Assembly (NCBI GenBank): GCA_964618725.1
Contig: CAZUBK010000004.1
Coordinates: 15,485 to 79,484, forward strand
Source of the DNA: an uncultured Pseudomonadales bacterium
Lineage (GTDB): Bacteria; Patescibacteriota; Microgenomatia; UBA1400; Chazhemtobacteraceae
DNA: 64,000 nucleotides
Direction of reading: 5' to 3'
The translations under genes were made by a program, and so were the position numbers. Below the pieces are notes generated by a model. That model searched no databases and was not told the origin of the DNA. It worked only from the letters and a program-made list of their open reading frames with translations. The stretch's first letter is position 1; every line of letters begins with the position of its first letter. Below, piece after piece: positions 28,301 to 36,812 of the stretch.

Positions 28301-29992
28301 TCATTGTACCAAAATGTCAGTTCCTTTCATCGCTTCCGGAATCTTGAGATTAAGCAGTTTTAGTACCGTTGGTGCCACGTCAGCCAGGCTCATCTTAGGG
28401 ATAACTTTCTTTACTCCTTCAAATTGCTTACCGACAAAGATCACCGGAACTGGATTGTTGCTGTGATCCGTGTTCAGATCCCCCCTGGCCGTAGTGTAAA
28501 AAAACGTCCCGGTCGGAAAAGTTAACAGATCCTCAGCATTTCCGTGATCTGCCGTCACTATCAGTGCACCCTGATAGGCTAACACCATCTCAACTATCTG
28601 CCCCAACGCCTTGTCAGTTGCTTCACACGCCTTGATTGTCGCCGGCAAATTCCCTGTATGCGCCACCATATCCGGATTGGCAAAGTTCATCACCACAAAG
28701 CCGTATTCCTGCTTAAGGACAGCCTTCTCAAATTCCCCCACTATCTTAAACACCGACATCTCCGGTCGCTTATCATATGAAGCCACCTTAGGAGACGGCA
28801 CAATCCGATAATCTTCTCCGGAAAACTTTTCTTCCCGCAAACCATTGAAATAAAAAGTCACCATTCTTTCTTTCTCACTCTCCGCTATATGAAGTTGCCT
28901 CATGCCTGCCTTAGCAATTACTTCCGACAAAGAAAAGGGTATCTTTGGCAGTGGAAACGCCACACCACTGACCGGTAGCTTCTGTTGATATTCCGTCATC
29001 GTCACAAAGCACAGATTTTTCAAGATTTTTTCTCTTACAAACGTCGGCCCCTTAACCTTCTCTTGTTTCACTTTTCCTTGATCTGGCTCGTAACCAAACT
29101 CAAAATCTCTTAGATTTTCAAAATCTGGCAAAACAAAAGCCATAGTTAGTTGCTTCGGCCGATCGATCCGAAAGTTAAAAAACACCACCGCATCCCCGTC
29201 AGCGACGCTTCCCACCGGCGACCCGTTCTCCGTAATTACTGTTGGTTCAATAAACTCATCCGTTACCCCCGCTTGATATGACTGTTCAATCGCTTCAACC
29301 GCTGAACTGGCTGGTCGACCCTTTCCTTGCACAATTGCCTCATAGGCCTTTTGTGTCCTCTCCCACCGCCTGTCTCGATCCATGCCAAAGTACCTTCCTC
29401 CAATCGTCGCTATCTTCCCCATCTTAATCGACTTTAAGTATTCTTCTAACTTGCTCACCACATCCACTGCCTCTTTTGGTGGTGAATCTCTTCCATCGGT
29501 GAATAAATGTAGACAAACCTTCTCTACCCGCAACTGCTTGTAGTACTCAAGCAGTTTATACAAATGCGCTACCGAGGAATGGACATTCCCCGTCCCCACC
29601 AAACCCATCAAATGAAGTGTCGAGCCATTTTTCACCACATGTTCATAAGCCAATTTAAACCCCTTATTCTCAAAAAAACTTCCATCCTCAATCGACTGAG
29701 TAATCCGCTTCAGACTCTGCAGTATCACTCTTCCCGAACCAATAGTGAGGTGTCCCACCTCGGTGTTACCCACCTCATTGGCCGGCAACCCCACCGACTC
29801 CCCTGAGGCCAACAACTCCCCATGAGGGTACAAAGACAGTAATTTGTTCATATTCGGCGTCTTCGCCTGCGAGATCGCATTCCCATACGATGCCGGTGCC
29901 ACCCCCCAACCATCCAAGATCAAAAGTACCACCGGGTGGATCTTGATCTCCGAGGCAGTCGGTTTCCTTTTGGACCACAAAAACTCAAACAT
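28301..29992 (-). CDS. gpmI: 2,3-bisphosphoglycerate-independent phosphoglycerate mutase
   Basis: 563 aa. N-terminal VLLILDGWG motif with alkaline-phosphatase-like and transferase domains. Sits 4 nt upstream of atpF on the same strand. Confidence 0.85.
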   Translation of the reverse strand: MFEFLWSKRKPTASEIKIHPVVLLILDGWGVAPASYGNAISQAKTPNMNKLLSLYPHGELLASGESVGLPANEVGNTEVGHLTIGSGRVILQSLKRITQSIEDGSFFENKGFKLAYEHVVKNGSTLHLMGLVGTGNVHSSVAHLYKLLEYYKQLRVEKVCLHLFTDGRDSPPKEAVDVVSKLEEYLKSIKMGKIATIGGRYFGMDRDRRWERTQKAYEAIVQGKGRPASSAVEAIEQSYQAGVTDEFIEPTVITENGSPVGSVADGDAVVFFNFRIDRPKQLTMAFVLPDFENLRDFEFGYEPDQGKVKQEKVKGPTFVREKILKNLCFVTMTEYQQKLPVSGVAFPLPKIPFSLSEVIAKAGMRQLHIAESEKERMVTFYFNGLREEKFSGEDYRIVPSPKVASYDKRPEMSVFKIVGEFEKAVLKQEYGFVVMNFANPDMVAHTGNLPATIKACEATDKALGQIVEMVLAYQGALIVTADHGNAEDLLTFPTGTFFYTTARGDLNTDHSNNPVPVIFVGKQFEGVKKVIPKMSLADVAPTVLKLLNLKIPEAMKGTDILVQ

Positions 29993-30066
29993 AGTCTAAA
30001 TCTATCACACTTCCCCACAGCTCGTGGTATAATATGGGCTACACTGAACTTTGAAAGGATATTTAG

Positions 30067-30330
30067 ATGAAAAAAGACAGGATCCTAAATGTCATCCTCA
30101 GCTTTCTTTTCCTGACTCTTTTTTACGGTCTCCCTTTTCTCTTCGCAACCACTTTTTTCTGGTGGGTAATTGGCATCACCGGCACAGCTCTTTTAGTCAT
30201 AAGTGGCATCATTCTTTTCTTCATTTTACTTGATGGTTCATCACCTCGTCCCTTCTGGAACTATCCCCTTTTGGGAATCCTCATTATCTTAGGCATAATT
30301 CTACTCGTCATCTCACTGCCTCATGTTTAA
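30067..30330 (+). CDS. hypothetical small membrane protein, 87 aa
   Basis: Three TM helices. No conserved acidic residue, so it is not an ATP synthase c subunit. Confidence 0.45.
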   Translation: MKKDRILNVILSFLFLTLFYGLPFLFATTFFWWVIGITGTALLVISGIILFFILLDGSSPRPFWNYPLLGILIILGIILLVISLPHV

Positions 30331-30338
30331 CTCCTCTC

Positions 30339-30366
30339 AACCCCGCACTCGCGGGGTTTATTTTGT
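30339..30366 (+). terminator. rho-independent terminator (AACCCCGC-actc-GCGGGGTT + U-tail)
   Basis: 8-bp stem after gene 30067..30330. It overlaps the 3' end of the convergent lipoprotein gene. Confidence 0.6.
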
Positions 30367-30645
30367 TATCTCCACACTATCTACATACAATGTCGTCCCC
30401 GAATACTGCCCCACTACTTTCACCTTCTTTCCCACAAACCCACCAAGCGACGCATTTCCGTCATGCAAAAGCACTATACCTCCCACATCTTTCTTCAAAC
30501 TATAGTTACTTTCTCCCCCTCCCAGGCTCACCACCCCCACCAAAGTCTCCGTCACATCAGCCGGATTATATTTCGCCTTCTGCGGCACCAAAATACATGC
30601 AGAAAGTAACACCGAGCTGACTAACAAAACAGCGATTCTTTTCAT
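30358..30645 (-). CDS. hypothetical lipoprotein, 95 aa
   Basis: Signal peptide with an LLSAC lipobox. Confidence 0.5.
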   Translation of the reverse strand: MKRIAVLLVSSVLLSACILVPQKAKYNPADVTETLVGVVSLGGGESNYSLKKDVGGIVLLHDGNASLGGFVGKKVKVVGQYSGTTLYVDSVEITK

Positions 30646-30676
30646 GAATCTACTTTATCAAATTTGCTGGAACGTG

Positions 30677-30749
30677 AGCCGACAGAGGGAATCGAACCCC
30701 CGACCTTCATTTTACAAAAATGCTGCTCTACCTACTGAGCTATGTCGGC
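30677..30749 (-). tRNA. tRNA-Thr (anticodon UGU)
   Basis: Manual cloverleaf: GCCGACA acceptor, GCUC/GAGC D-stem, UUUGUAA anticodon loop (UGU), GGGGG-UUCGAUU-CCCUC T-arm. A G27-A43 mismatch is present. CCA is not encoded. Confidence 0.8.
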
Positions 30750-30799
30750 AATCTGGTTCATTTTATCACCCAGCCTCCTACATGGTAAAATACATCAAC

Positions 30800-30882
30800 G
30801 CCGGAGTCGTATAGCAGCAATTACACGGGACTGTAAATCCCGCGGCCATAGGCCTTCACAGGTGCGAGTCCTGTCTCCGGCA
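30800..30882 (+). tRNA. tRNA-Tyr (anticodon GUA), long variable arm
   Basis: GCCGGAG acceptor, CGGGA-CUGUAAA-UCCCG anticodon arm (GUA), GGCC-AUA-GGCC variable arm, T-arm, 3' CUCCGGC-A. TGGTAAAAT lies 8 nt upstream. Confidence 0.8.
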
Positions 30883-30887
30883 CAGAA

Positions 30888-30923
30888 AATGCCCCAGGCA
30901 ATAGCCCGGGGCATTAACTTTTC
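30888..30923 (+). terminator. hairpin terminator after tRNA-Tyr (AATGCCCCAGG-caatag-CCCGGGGCATT)
   Basis: 11-bp stem with an aacTTTTc tail. Confidence 0.5.
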
Positions 30924-31140
30924 AGGAGATGATTGAGATCCCCTTTTCCACCTGAACCCGATTGGGCCGCTGCGACGCTAAACCCTGGAATTCAAGATGA
31001 CCTGGCGGCAGCCTGTGCCAAGAGCCATCGGGGAAAAGAACCTCAGCGTCCCCACGTTGACCAACAGTCTTCCAGGCAGCGATCGGATAAATCGTGCCTG
31101 TGACCAGCATCTCAGGCTGCGATACGCTTTTTTTAGCCAT
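30922..31140 (-). CDS. hypothetical small protein, 72 aa, with a strong RBS and extended -10 promoter
   Basis: Product MAKKSVSQPEMLVTGTIYPIAAWKTVGQRGDAEVLFPDGSWHRLPPG... AGGAGGG lies 5 nt upstream of ATG 31140. TGGTATAAT lies about 30 nt further upstream on the minus strand. Confidence 0.5.
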   Translation of the reverse strand: MAKKSVSQPEMLVTGTIYPIAAWKTVGQRGDAEVLFPDGSWHRLPPGHLEFQGLASQRPNRVQVEKGISIIS

Positions 31141-31227
31141 GAAACCCTCCTGGTTGAGATATCTCATATTATACCACACCCCTGCAACACCTTAAGCTCA
31201 AACATGGTAAAATAGCCAAGCCATTTA

Positions 31228-31300
31228 GCCGAGATAGCTCAGTTGGCAGAGCACAATATTGGTAATATTGAGGTCCTGGGTTCGATTCCCAGTCTCGGCT
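31228..31300 (+). tRNA. tRNA-Thr (anticodon GGU)
   Basis: GCCGAGA acceptor, GCUC-AGUUGGCA-GAGC D-arm, CAAUA-UUGGUAA-UAUUG anticodon arm (GGU), CUGGG-UUCGAUU-CCCAG T-arm. TGGTAAAAT lies 15 nt upstream. Confidence 0.85.
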
Positions 31301-31312
31301 CCGACAGACTAG

Positions 31313-31436
31313 GGAAGCAAACCCTCGGGTTCAATATCCAGACCATAATGTGATTATGGGCGCAGATATAAGAGGAAGCACAGGACAACATCACAATATG
31401 CATTAGTATATTGTGAGTAAGGACGAGCAAGCTCTT
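31313..31436 (+). ncRNA. conserved structured element, copy 1 (family also at 62976-63095); tRNA-linked; function unknown
   Basis: Immediately 3' of tRNA-Thr(GGU). Hairpin CCATAAT-gtg-ATTATGG, then conserved GCGCAGATATAAGAGGAAGCACAGGACA, a second 8-bp hairpin, and a conserved ...GACGAGCAAGCT tail. Copy 2 carries compensatory changes in hairpin 1. Confidence 0.5.
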
Positions 31437-31454
31437 ATTCCCAGTCTCGGCTCC
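31437..31454 (+). repeat. 18-nt direct duplicate of the tRNA-Thr(GGU) 3' end (ATTCCCAGTCTCGGCTCC)
   Basis: Identical to 31285-31302 inside the tRNA. The two copies bracket the 134-bp structured element. Confidence 0.8.
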
Positions 31455-31485
31455 CTTTCCTTGTCATACGTAGTATTATCTATCT

Positions 31486-31845
31486 ATGGCAAACAGAATC
31501 CTTATCGCAGAAGACGAAAAACCCATGGCCAAGGCCTTGGAATTAAAACTTACTTCAGCCGGTTTCACCGTTGAGGTCGCCTTTGACGGCCAGGAAGCCA
31601 TCCAGAAAATCAAAAGCAATAAATACGACCTCATTCTCCTCGACCTAGTCATGCCCAAGGTTGATGGCTTTGAGGTCTTAAGCGAAATACAAAAACTAAA
31701 ATTAACCACTCCGGTTATAGTCTCCTCCAATCTCAGTCAAGAAGAAGACTATCAAAAAGCTAAAGATCTTGGCGCCAAAGACTATTTCATCAAATCCGAC
31801 ACGACTCTTAACGAACTCATTGAAAAGGTCAAACAAATCCTCTAA
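31486..31845 (+). CDS. stand-alone response regulator receiver domain (CheY-like)
   Basis: 119 aa. ILIAEDE...DLILLDLVMPKVDGFEVL carries the phospho-acceptor Asp and a conserved Lys region. No output domain. Confidence 0.8.
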   Translation: MANRILIAEDEKPMAKALELKLTSAGFTVEVAFDGQEAIQKIKSNKYDLILLDLVMPKVDGFEVLSEIQKLKLTTPVIVSSNLSQEEDYQKAKDLGAKDYFIKSDTTLNELIEKVKQIL

Positions 31846-31854
31846 CATCTTCCA

Positions 31855-32550
31855 TTAACGACTTACCAGCAACGATTCAATCTTAACTCTTTGCTCCAAT
31901 TCCTCTCTTACTTTCTTCCAATCTTTTAGGACAATAAAACTATCCTCAGTATAATCAATCAGTCCCTGCCTAATCATCTTATTCAATTCTCTCGAGACAG
32001 TTTCTCTAGATAAATTGACTGAGTTAGCAATATCCTTATGATGCAGTGGTATCCGAATCACTACTGTCTCTTCCCCACTCCTTAGATCAGTAAACCAGTT
32101 AGCCAATGATAGTAATCTCGCCGCCACCCTATCATATGCCCGTTCCATCTCCAAGTTCTCCATTCTGCTACTCAACATAAGGCCGAAGTTTATTAATCTC
32201 TCAACCACCTCTAATAAAATTGTCGGATCAGTGTTTAGAAATGTTTTGAATTTTGTGACCATCCCCCGACTAAGTTCCACTGGCCCAAGTGCTTCAAAGT
32301 TAATATGTCGTTTTGTGGATCTACCCAGACTCGTTAGCAACGGAAAAAAATCCCCTTTACCGTAAATTAAATGTACTTTCTCTTTTCCTTCCAGTGAGGT
32401 TGAGAATACCTTCACGAAACCTTCCCAGATGTAAAAAACATAACGACCACTATTCCTTTCACTCAGAATCAAATCCCCCGACCGATAATCAATTTTTTCT
32501 TGTTTACTAAAGAACTTTTCCATATATGTCTTATCTTCTACTACCCCCAT
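31855..32550 (-). CDS. Crp/Fnr-family transcriptional regulator
   Basis: 231 aa. N-terminal cNMP-binding beta-roll. C-terminal HTH RETVSRELNKMIRQGLI. Confidence 0.75.
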   Translation of the reverse strand: MGVVEDKTYMEKFFSKQEKIDYRSGDLILSERNSGRYVFYIWEGFVKVFSTSLEGKEKVHLIYGKGDFFPLLTSLGRSTKRHINFEALGPVELSRGMVTKFKTFLNTDPTILLEVVERLINFGLMLSSRMENLEMERAYDRVAARLLSLANWFTDLRSGEETVVIRIPLHHKDIANSVNLSRETVSRELNKMIRQGLIDYTEDSFIVLKDWKKVREELEQRVKIESLLVSR

Positions 32551-32577
32551 ATTTAATCTACCTTATTAGCTTCTGTC

Positions 32578-32593
32578 TGTGATCTAAGTCACT
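32578..32593. promoter_or_regulatory. Crp/Fnr-type palindromic operator TGTGATCTAAGTCACT
   Basis: TGTGA-N6-TCACT lies in the divergent region between the Crp-like gene and pilB. Confidence 0.45.
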
Positions 32594-32642
32594 GATACGT
32601 CAACGTTTTTTTGTCACTCTATTACTAGATTAGCAAGAATAT

Positions 32643-34358
32643 ATGACCAACTCCATTTCCACTCCACCCACGATATCTCTACCAGATCACATCACCAGCC
32701 AACCCGACTCACTCGAAGAAATCCTTCTTAAAGGCAGTTATGTCTCAGAGGCCGACCTAAAGAAAGCCGTCGAATATCTCAAGAAAAACAAATCTACCCT
32801 TGAAGACTACCTCCTTAACCAAGGACTTCTCACTCCCGACCTACTCGGACAAGCCATGGCCGAGACTCACTCTCTCCCCTACGCCGACCTCAACTCAAAA
32901 ATTCCCACCAAAGAGCAAGTTCTCAAACTCCCTAAAGAAATAGCCATCAGTAATCGACTAATTCTCTTTGAAGAAAATGACAATGCAATCGTCTTCACCA
33001 CTGACAAACCGGAAGTCGTTAATAATCTCACTCCCCAACTCTCTACCCTCTTTCCCAACAAAAAGATTAGTTTTGCCTACTCCCTTGGGGGAGACATCGA
33101 CCACTGTCTGGAATTCTATAAACAACCTCTTAGTGGCCGATTCGAAACCATCCTTACCTCACCCAACAAGATTGCTCCGCAACTAGTGACAGAGATCATC
33201 AAAGACGCCCTTAGTGAAAAGGCCTCCGATATCCACTTCGATCCCCAAGATAAACAAGTCGTTATTCGCCTTAGAATCGACGGTCAACTGCGAAACATCG
33301 GCCAAATCGATCGCATCCTTTACGAAAATGTTCTTAACCATATCAAGATCCTAAGCCACCTCCGTATTGATGAGCACTTCTCTGCTCAAGACGGCGCCAT
33401 GCGCTTCCCCAAGGACGACAGTTTCATCGACATGCGAATCTCCATTGCCCCTACCATTGATGGTGAGAAAGTCGCCATCCGTCTATTAGCCGAATACATC
33501 AAAGGTTTTGGCTACGCCGATCTAGGCATCTCCACCACTCACCAGGAGATCCTTACCAAAGCTATCAAACAGCCCTTTGGCATGATTCTTGTCACTGGAC
33601 CCACCGGTTCCGGCAAAACCACCACTCTCTATTCCCTACTCAAGACTCTCAATACTTCCGAGACTAATATTACTACTATCGAAGACCCTGTTGAATACAA
33701 AATTCTTGGGGTCAATCAAATCCAGGTCAATCCCCTCACCAATCTCACCTTTGCCAAAGGCCTAAAGAGCATTGTCCGCCAAGACCCCAATGTTATCCTT
33801 GTCGGCGAGATACGAGATCTTGAGACCGCCGAGATTGCCATCAATGCCGCTCTAACTGGTCACCTTCTTCTCTCCACTTTCCATGCCAATGATGCTGCTA
33901 CCAGTATTCCCAGACTCCTTGATATGGGTGCCGAACCCTTTCTTCTCGCCTCCACCCTCAACTTAATCATCGCCCAACGTCTCGTCAGACGCCTCTGCAA
34001 CAACTGTCGTATCAGTTACCAGACTACCAATGCCAAGCTTGAAGCCACTTTCCCCCAAGCCCAACATTACTTCCCAAACAAGGGCACCACCCTTTACCAA
34101 GCCAAAGGCTGTGACAACTGTGGTGGTACCGGCTTCAAAGGCCGCACCGCCATCTTCGAGTTCCTCAAAATCACTCCTAAGCTCGAAGAAATCATCCTGA
34201 CTCGCCCCTCAACCCAAGTGATCCATAAACAAGCCCTCATCGATGGTTCGAAATCACTTTTTGAAGACGGCCTTGAAAAAGTACAAACCGGCATCACCAC
34301 CATCGAAGAATTACTTAGAGTTGCTATTCCGCCCAGCAATGGAAAACCAAAATCCTAA
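32643..34358 (+). CDS. pilB: type IV pilus assembly ATPase PilB (GspE family)
   Basis: 571 aa. N-terminal GSPII_E N-domain, Walker A VTGPTGSGKTTTL, and a C-terminal tetracysteine motif. Confidence 0.85.
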   Translation: MTNSISTPPTISLPDHITSQPDSLEEILLKGSYVSEADLKKAVEYLKKNKSTLEDYLLNQGLLTPDLLGQAMAETHSLPYADLNSKIPTKEQVLKLPKEIAISNRLILFEENDNAIVFTTDKPEVVNNLTPQLSTLFPNKKISFAYSLGGDIDHCLEFYKQPLSGRFETILTSPNKIAPQLVTEIIKDALSEKASDIHFDPQDKQVVIRLRIDGQLRNIGQIDRILYENVLNHIKILSHLRIDEHFSAQDGAMRFPKDDSFIDMRISIAPTIDGEKVAIRLLAEYIKGFGYADLGISTTHQEILTKAIKQPFGMILVTGPTGSGKTTTLYSLLKTLNTSETNITTIEDPVEYKILGVNQIQVNPLTNLTFAKGLKSIVRQDPNVILVGEIRDLETAEIAINAALTGHLLLSTFHANDAATSIPRLLDMGAEPFLLASTLNLIIAQRLVRRLCNNCRISYQTTNAKLEATFPQAQHYFPNKGTTLYQAKGCDNCGGTGFKGRTAIFEFLKITPKLEEIILTRPSTQVIHKQALIDGSKSLFEDGLEKVQTGITTIEELLRVAIPPSNGKPKS

Positions 34359-35739
34359 TCCACCCCAGAAGACTAATAAAAAAAAACTCGGCCCCTTCTC
34401 CACCCTTGGCATTGGTGGTGATAAGGAGTTCTTTATCGAAAATCTCAGTCTCCTTGTCTCATCTGGAACTGACACCATTAGTGCTCTCAAATCACTCCAG
34501 CAAGAGGTCAAGACCAAAGGCATGAAAAAAGTCATAGGATTAATACTGGAAGACGTCCAATCAGGCGAGTCTCTCTCAAATGCCATCCAAAATACCCACA
34601 TCTTCTCCGTCAATGTAACCTCATTGATTTCAGTCGGCGAACAATCCGGCCGACTATCAGAAAATCTTAAAGTCATCGCTAACCAAGAACGAAAGGAAAA
34701 ATCCTTCCGCTCCAAAATCTCTTCTGCCATGCTCTATCCCGCCTTCGTCATCTGCCTCACCTTCATTGTCGGCATTGCCATCACTTGGTTCATTCTTCCT
34801 CGTCTTGCTACTGTCTTCAGTCAACTCAAGATAGAACTCCCCCTCATTACCAGGATTCTCATTCAATCAGGCAACTTCTTAAATCAATACGGCCTGATTT
34901 TTCTTCCTCTCTTCTTCTTCATTGCCGCTCTCCTCATCTACTTTCTCTTTATCTTTAATAAGACCAAGTTTATCGGCCAGTCTCTCATCTTCCACCTCAC
35001 AGGTATTAATAGCTTGGTAAAAAACATCGAGATTGCTCGTTTCGGTACCATCGTAAGCGGTCTCCTTAATGCCGGCGTCCCCATGACTACTTCACTTAAC
35101 AGCGCTGCTCAAACCGCCTCCTTCTATCAGTACCAGCGCCTCTTTCATTTCCTTGAAACCAAGATCCAAGAAGGCGACTCTTTTCAACAAAGCTTTAGCG
35201 CCTATAAAAGATCTGAAAAACTTATCCCCCTCCCCATCCAACAAATGATCTTCGCCGCGGAGCAGTCAGGCAATCTTGCCACCACATTCAGCAAAATTGG
35301 CGAGGTCTATGAGGAACGCTCAGACACCTCCGCCAAGAATCTCGCCGTTATTCTCGAACCGATTCTCCTCGTCATTGTCTGGCTTGGCGTTGTTGCCGTC
35401 GCCATCGCCGTCATCCTCCCCATTTACAGCCTACTGGGTGGAATAAACAATAATCCCGCTACTCCCCCCACTTCTAACACTCAAGAAGTCGTCCCTCTCA
35501 ACACTCCCACCCCAACACCCGTATCTCTCCAACAACTCGAGGTCCAAGATACTGGAATCGGCTATTTGAATGTCAGACAGCTTCCCTCTACCGACTCATC
35601 CATTATCACCCGTGCCTTGCCAGGAGAAAGCTACACATATCTTCGTCAAGACGGCGAGTGGTACAAAATTATTCTCACTGATCCATCGCTTAGTACTCAA
35701 TCAGGCTGGGTCAATGGCGCCTATGTTCTACCTAAATAA
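34339..35739 (+). CDS. pilC: type IV pilus platform protein PilC (GspF family) with a C-terminal SH3b-like domain
   Basis: Two GspF repeats with TM helices, then a Pro/Thr-rich linker, then GYLNVRQLPSTDSSIITRALPGESYTYLRQDGEWYKIIL...GWVNGAYV (bacterial SH3-like). The start is moved to ATG 34339. Confidence 0.8.
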   Translation: MENQNPNPPQKTNKKKLGPFSTLGIGGDKEFFIENLSLLVSSGTDTISALKSLQQEVKTKGMKKVIGLILEDVQSGESLSNAIQNTHIFSVNVTSLISVGEQSGRLSENLKVIANQERKEKSFRSKISSAMLYPAFVICLTFIVGIAITWFILPRLATVFSQLKIELPLITRILIQSGNFLNQYGLIFLPLFFFIAALLIYFLFIFNKTKFIGQSLIFHLTGINSLVKNIEIARFGTIVSGLLNAGVPMTTSLNSAAQTASFYQYQRLFHFLETKIQEGDSFQQSFSAYKRSEKLIPLPIQQMIFAAEQSGNLATTFSKIGEVYEERSDTSAKNLAVILEPILLVIVWLGVVAVAIAVILPIYSLLGGINNNPATPPTSNTQEVVPLNTPTPTPVSLQQLEVQDTGIGYLNVRQLPSTDSSIITRALPGESYTYLRQDGEWYKIILTDPSLSTQSGWVNGAYVLPK

Positions 35740-36202
35740 ATTACACTTCTCTTTCTTGATACCTGTAAACAAAAACATTCAAGGATTTACCTTGATCGAA
35801 ATTCTTCTCTCCATTTCCTTAATCGCCGCTCTCGCCGGCGTTAGCACCCCCATCTATCGCCTTCTTCAAGTTCGAAACGATCTTGATATCACCATAAATA
35901 GCCTGGCTCAAACCCTTCGACGCGCCCAGATTCTCTCGTCAGCCGTCGACGGCGACACTACCTGGGGAGTCAACATACAAAACGGTAGTCTTACCCTCTT
36001 TAAAGGCAGCAGTTTTACTTCTCGCGATTCCACCTATGACGAAACATTCAATATCTCCTCCAGTATCTCCGTCTCCGGTCTACAAGAAGTAGTCTACGCC
36101 AAGTTCGCCGGTCTACCCCAGAGTATCGGTACAACTACACTGACTACCAGCAGCGACTCTCGCTCAATCACCATTAATACCAAGGGTACACTCAGCTTCT
36201 AG
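35714..36202 (+). CDS. prepilin-type minor pilin/pseudopilin
   Basis: Class III signal ...NIQG|FTLIEILLSISLIAALA. The leader is long. A TTG at 35756 is an alternative start. Overlaps the pilC 3' end. Confidence 0.6.
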   Translation: MAPMFYLNKLHFSFLIPVNKNIQGFTLIEILLSISLIAALAGVSTPIYRLLQVRNDLDITINSLAQTLRRAQILSSAVDGDTTWGVNIQNGSLTLFKGSSFTSRDSTYDETFNISSSISVSGLQEVVYAKFAGLPQSIGTTTLTTSSDSRSITINTKGTLSF

Positions 36203-36217
36203 AAGTTAAATTCTTTT

Positions 36218-36808
36218 ATGCCTACTAAACAAAAAATCTACGGTTTCTCCATCGTCGAAGTCTTACTCGCTGTCTCTATTCTTGCTCTCATCATCACTAC
36301 TCTTTTTGGCGGCATCATCTACGGCCAACAGACAACTCAGGTCGCCGGCAGCACCGCTAGAGCCTCTATTATTGCCAACGAAGGACTCGAAGCCGTCAGA
36401 AATATTCGTGACCACGCCTTCAGTAACCTCGTTGACGGTACATACGGCCTTGCCATTACCTCCAATACTTGGGGGTTCTCCGGTAGCTCCGACACCACCG
36501 ATACTTTCACCCGCTCAATCACCATCTCCACCATCGACGCCGACAGCAAACAAATCGTCAGCAATGTTACCTGGACCCAAAATCAGCAACGAACCGGCCT
36601 CGTCTCTCTCACCACTTACCTTACTGCCTGGAAAGCTAGCGCTGGCTCACCCACTAGTTGCGTCACTATTTGTCAAAACCTTCTATTTTCTTCTGGAATC
36701 TGTCGCACCGATCTCAGCCAATGTACCCTCCACAGCGAAATCAATGAACCAACGGGCGATGCTTTTTGCACTGCCGGTACCAACGATACTTGCTGTTGCA
36801 AACCCTAA
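36218..36808 (+). CDS. prepilin-type pilin with a Cys-rich C-terminus
   Basis: KIYG|FSIVEVLLAVSILALI prepilin signal. The C-terminal 60 aa contain 9 Cys (CVTICQN...CRTDLSQCTLH...CTAGTNDTCCCKP). Confidence 0.65.
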   Translation: MPTKQKIYGFSIVEVLLAVSILALIITTLFGGIIYGQQTTQVAGSTARASIIANEGLEAVRNIRDHAFSNLVDGTYGLAITSNTWGFSGSSDTTDTFTRSITISTIDADSKQIVSNVTWTQNQQRTGLVSLTTYLTAWKASAGSPTSCVTICQNLLFSSGICRTDLSQCTLHSEINEPTGDAFCTAGTNDTCCCKP

Positions 36809-36812
36809 GCAA

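Noticed and set aside
30067-30330. ATP synthase c subunit candidate near the atp operon
   Set aside because: It has three predicted helices and lacks the conserved Asp/Glu in a GxGxGxG-containing hairpin. It is on the opposite strand from the operon.
31301-31440. Integrated mobile element at tRNA-Thr
   Set aside because: Only 134 bp lie between the tRNA-end duplicates and no integrase is present. Kept as a finding, a scar or relic, not annotated as a mobile_element.
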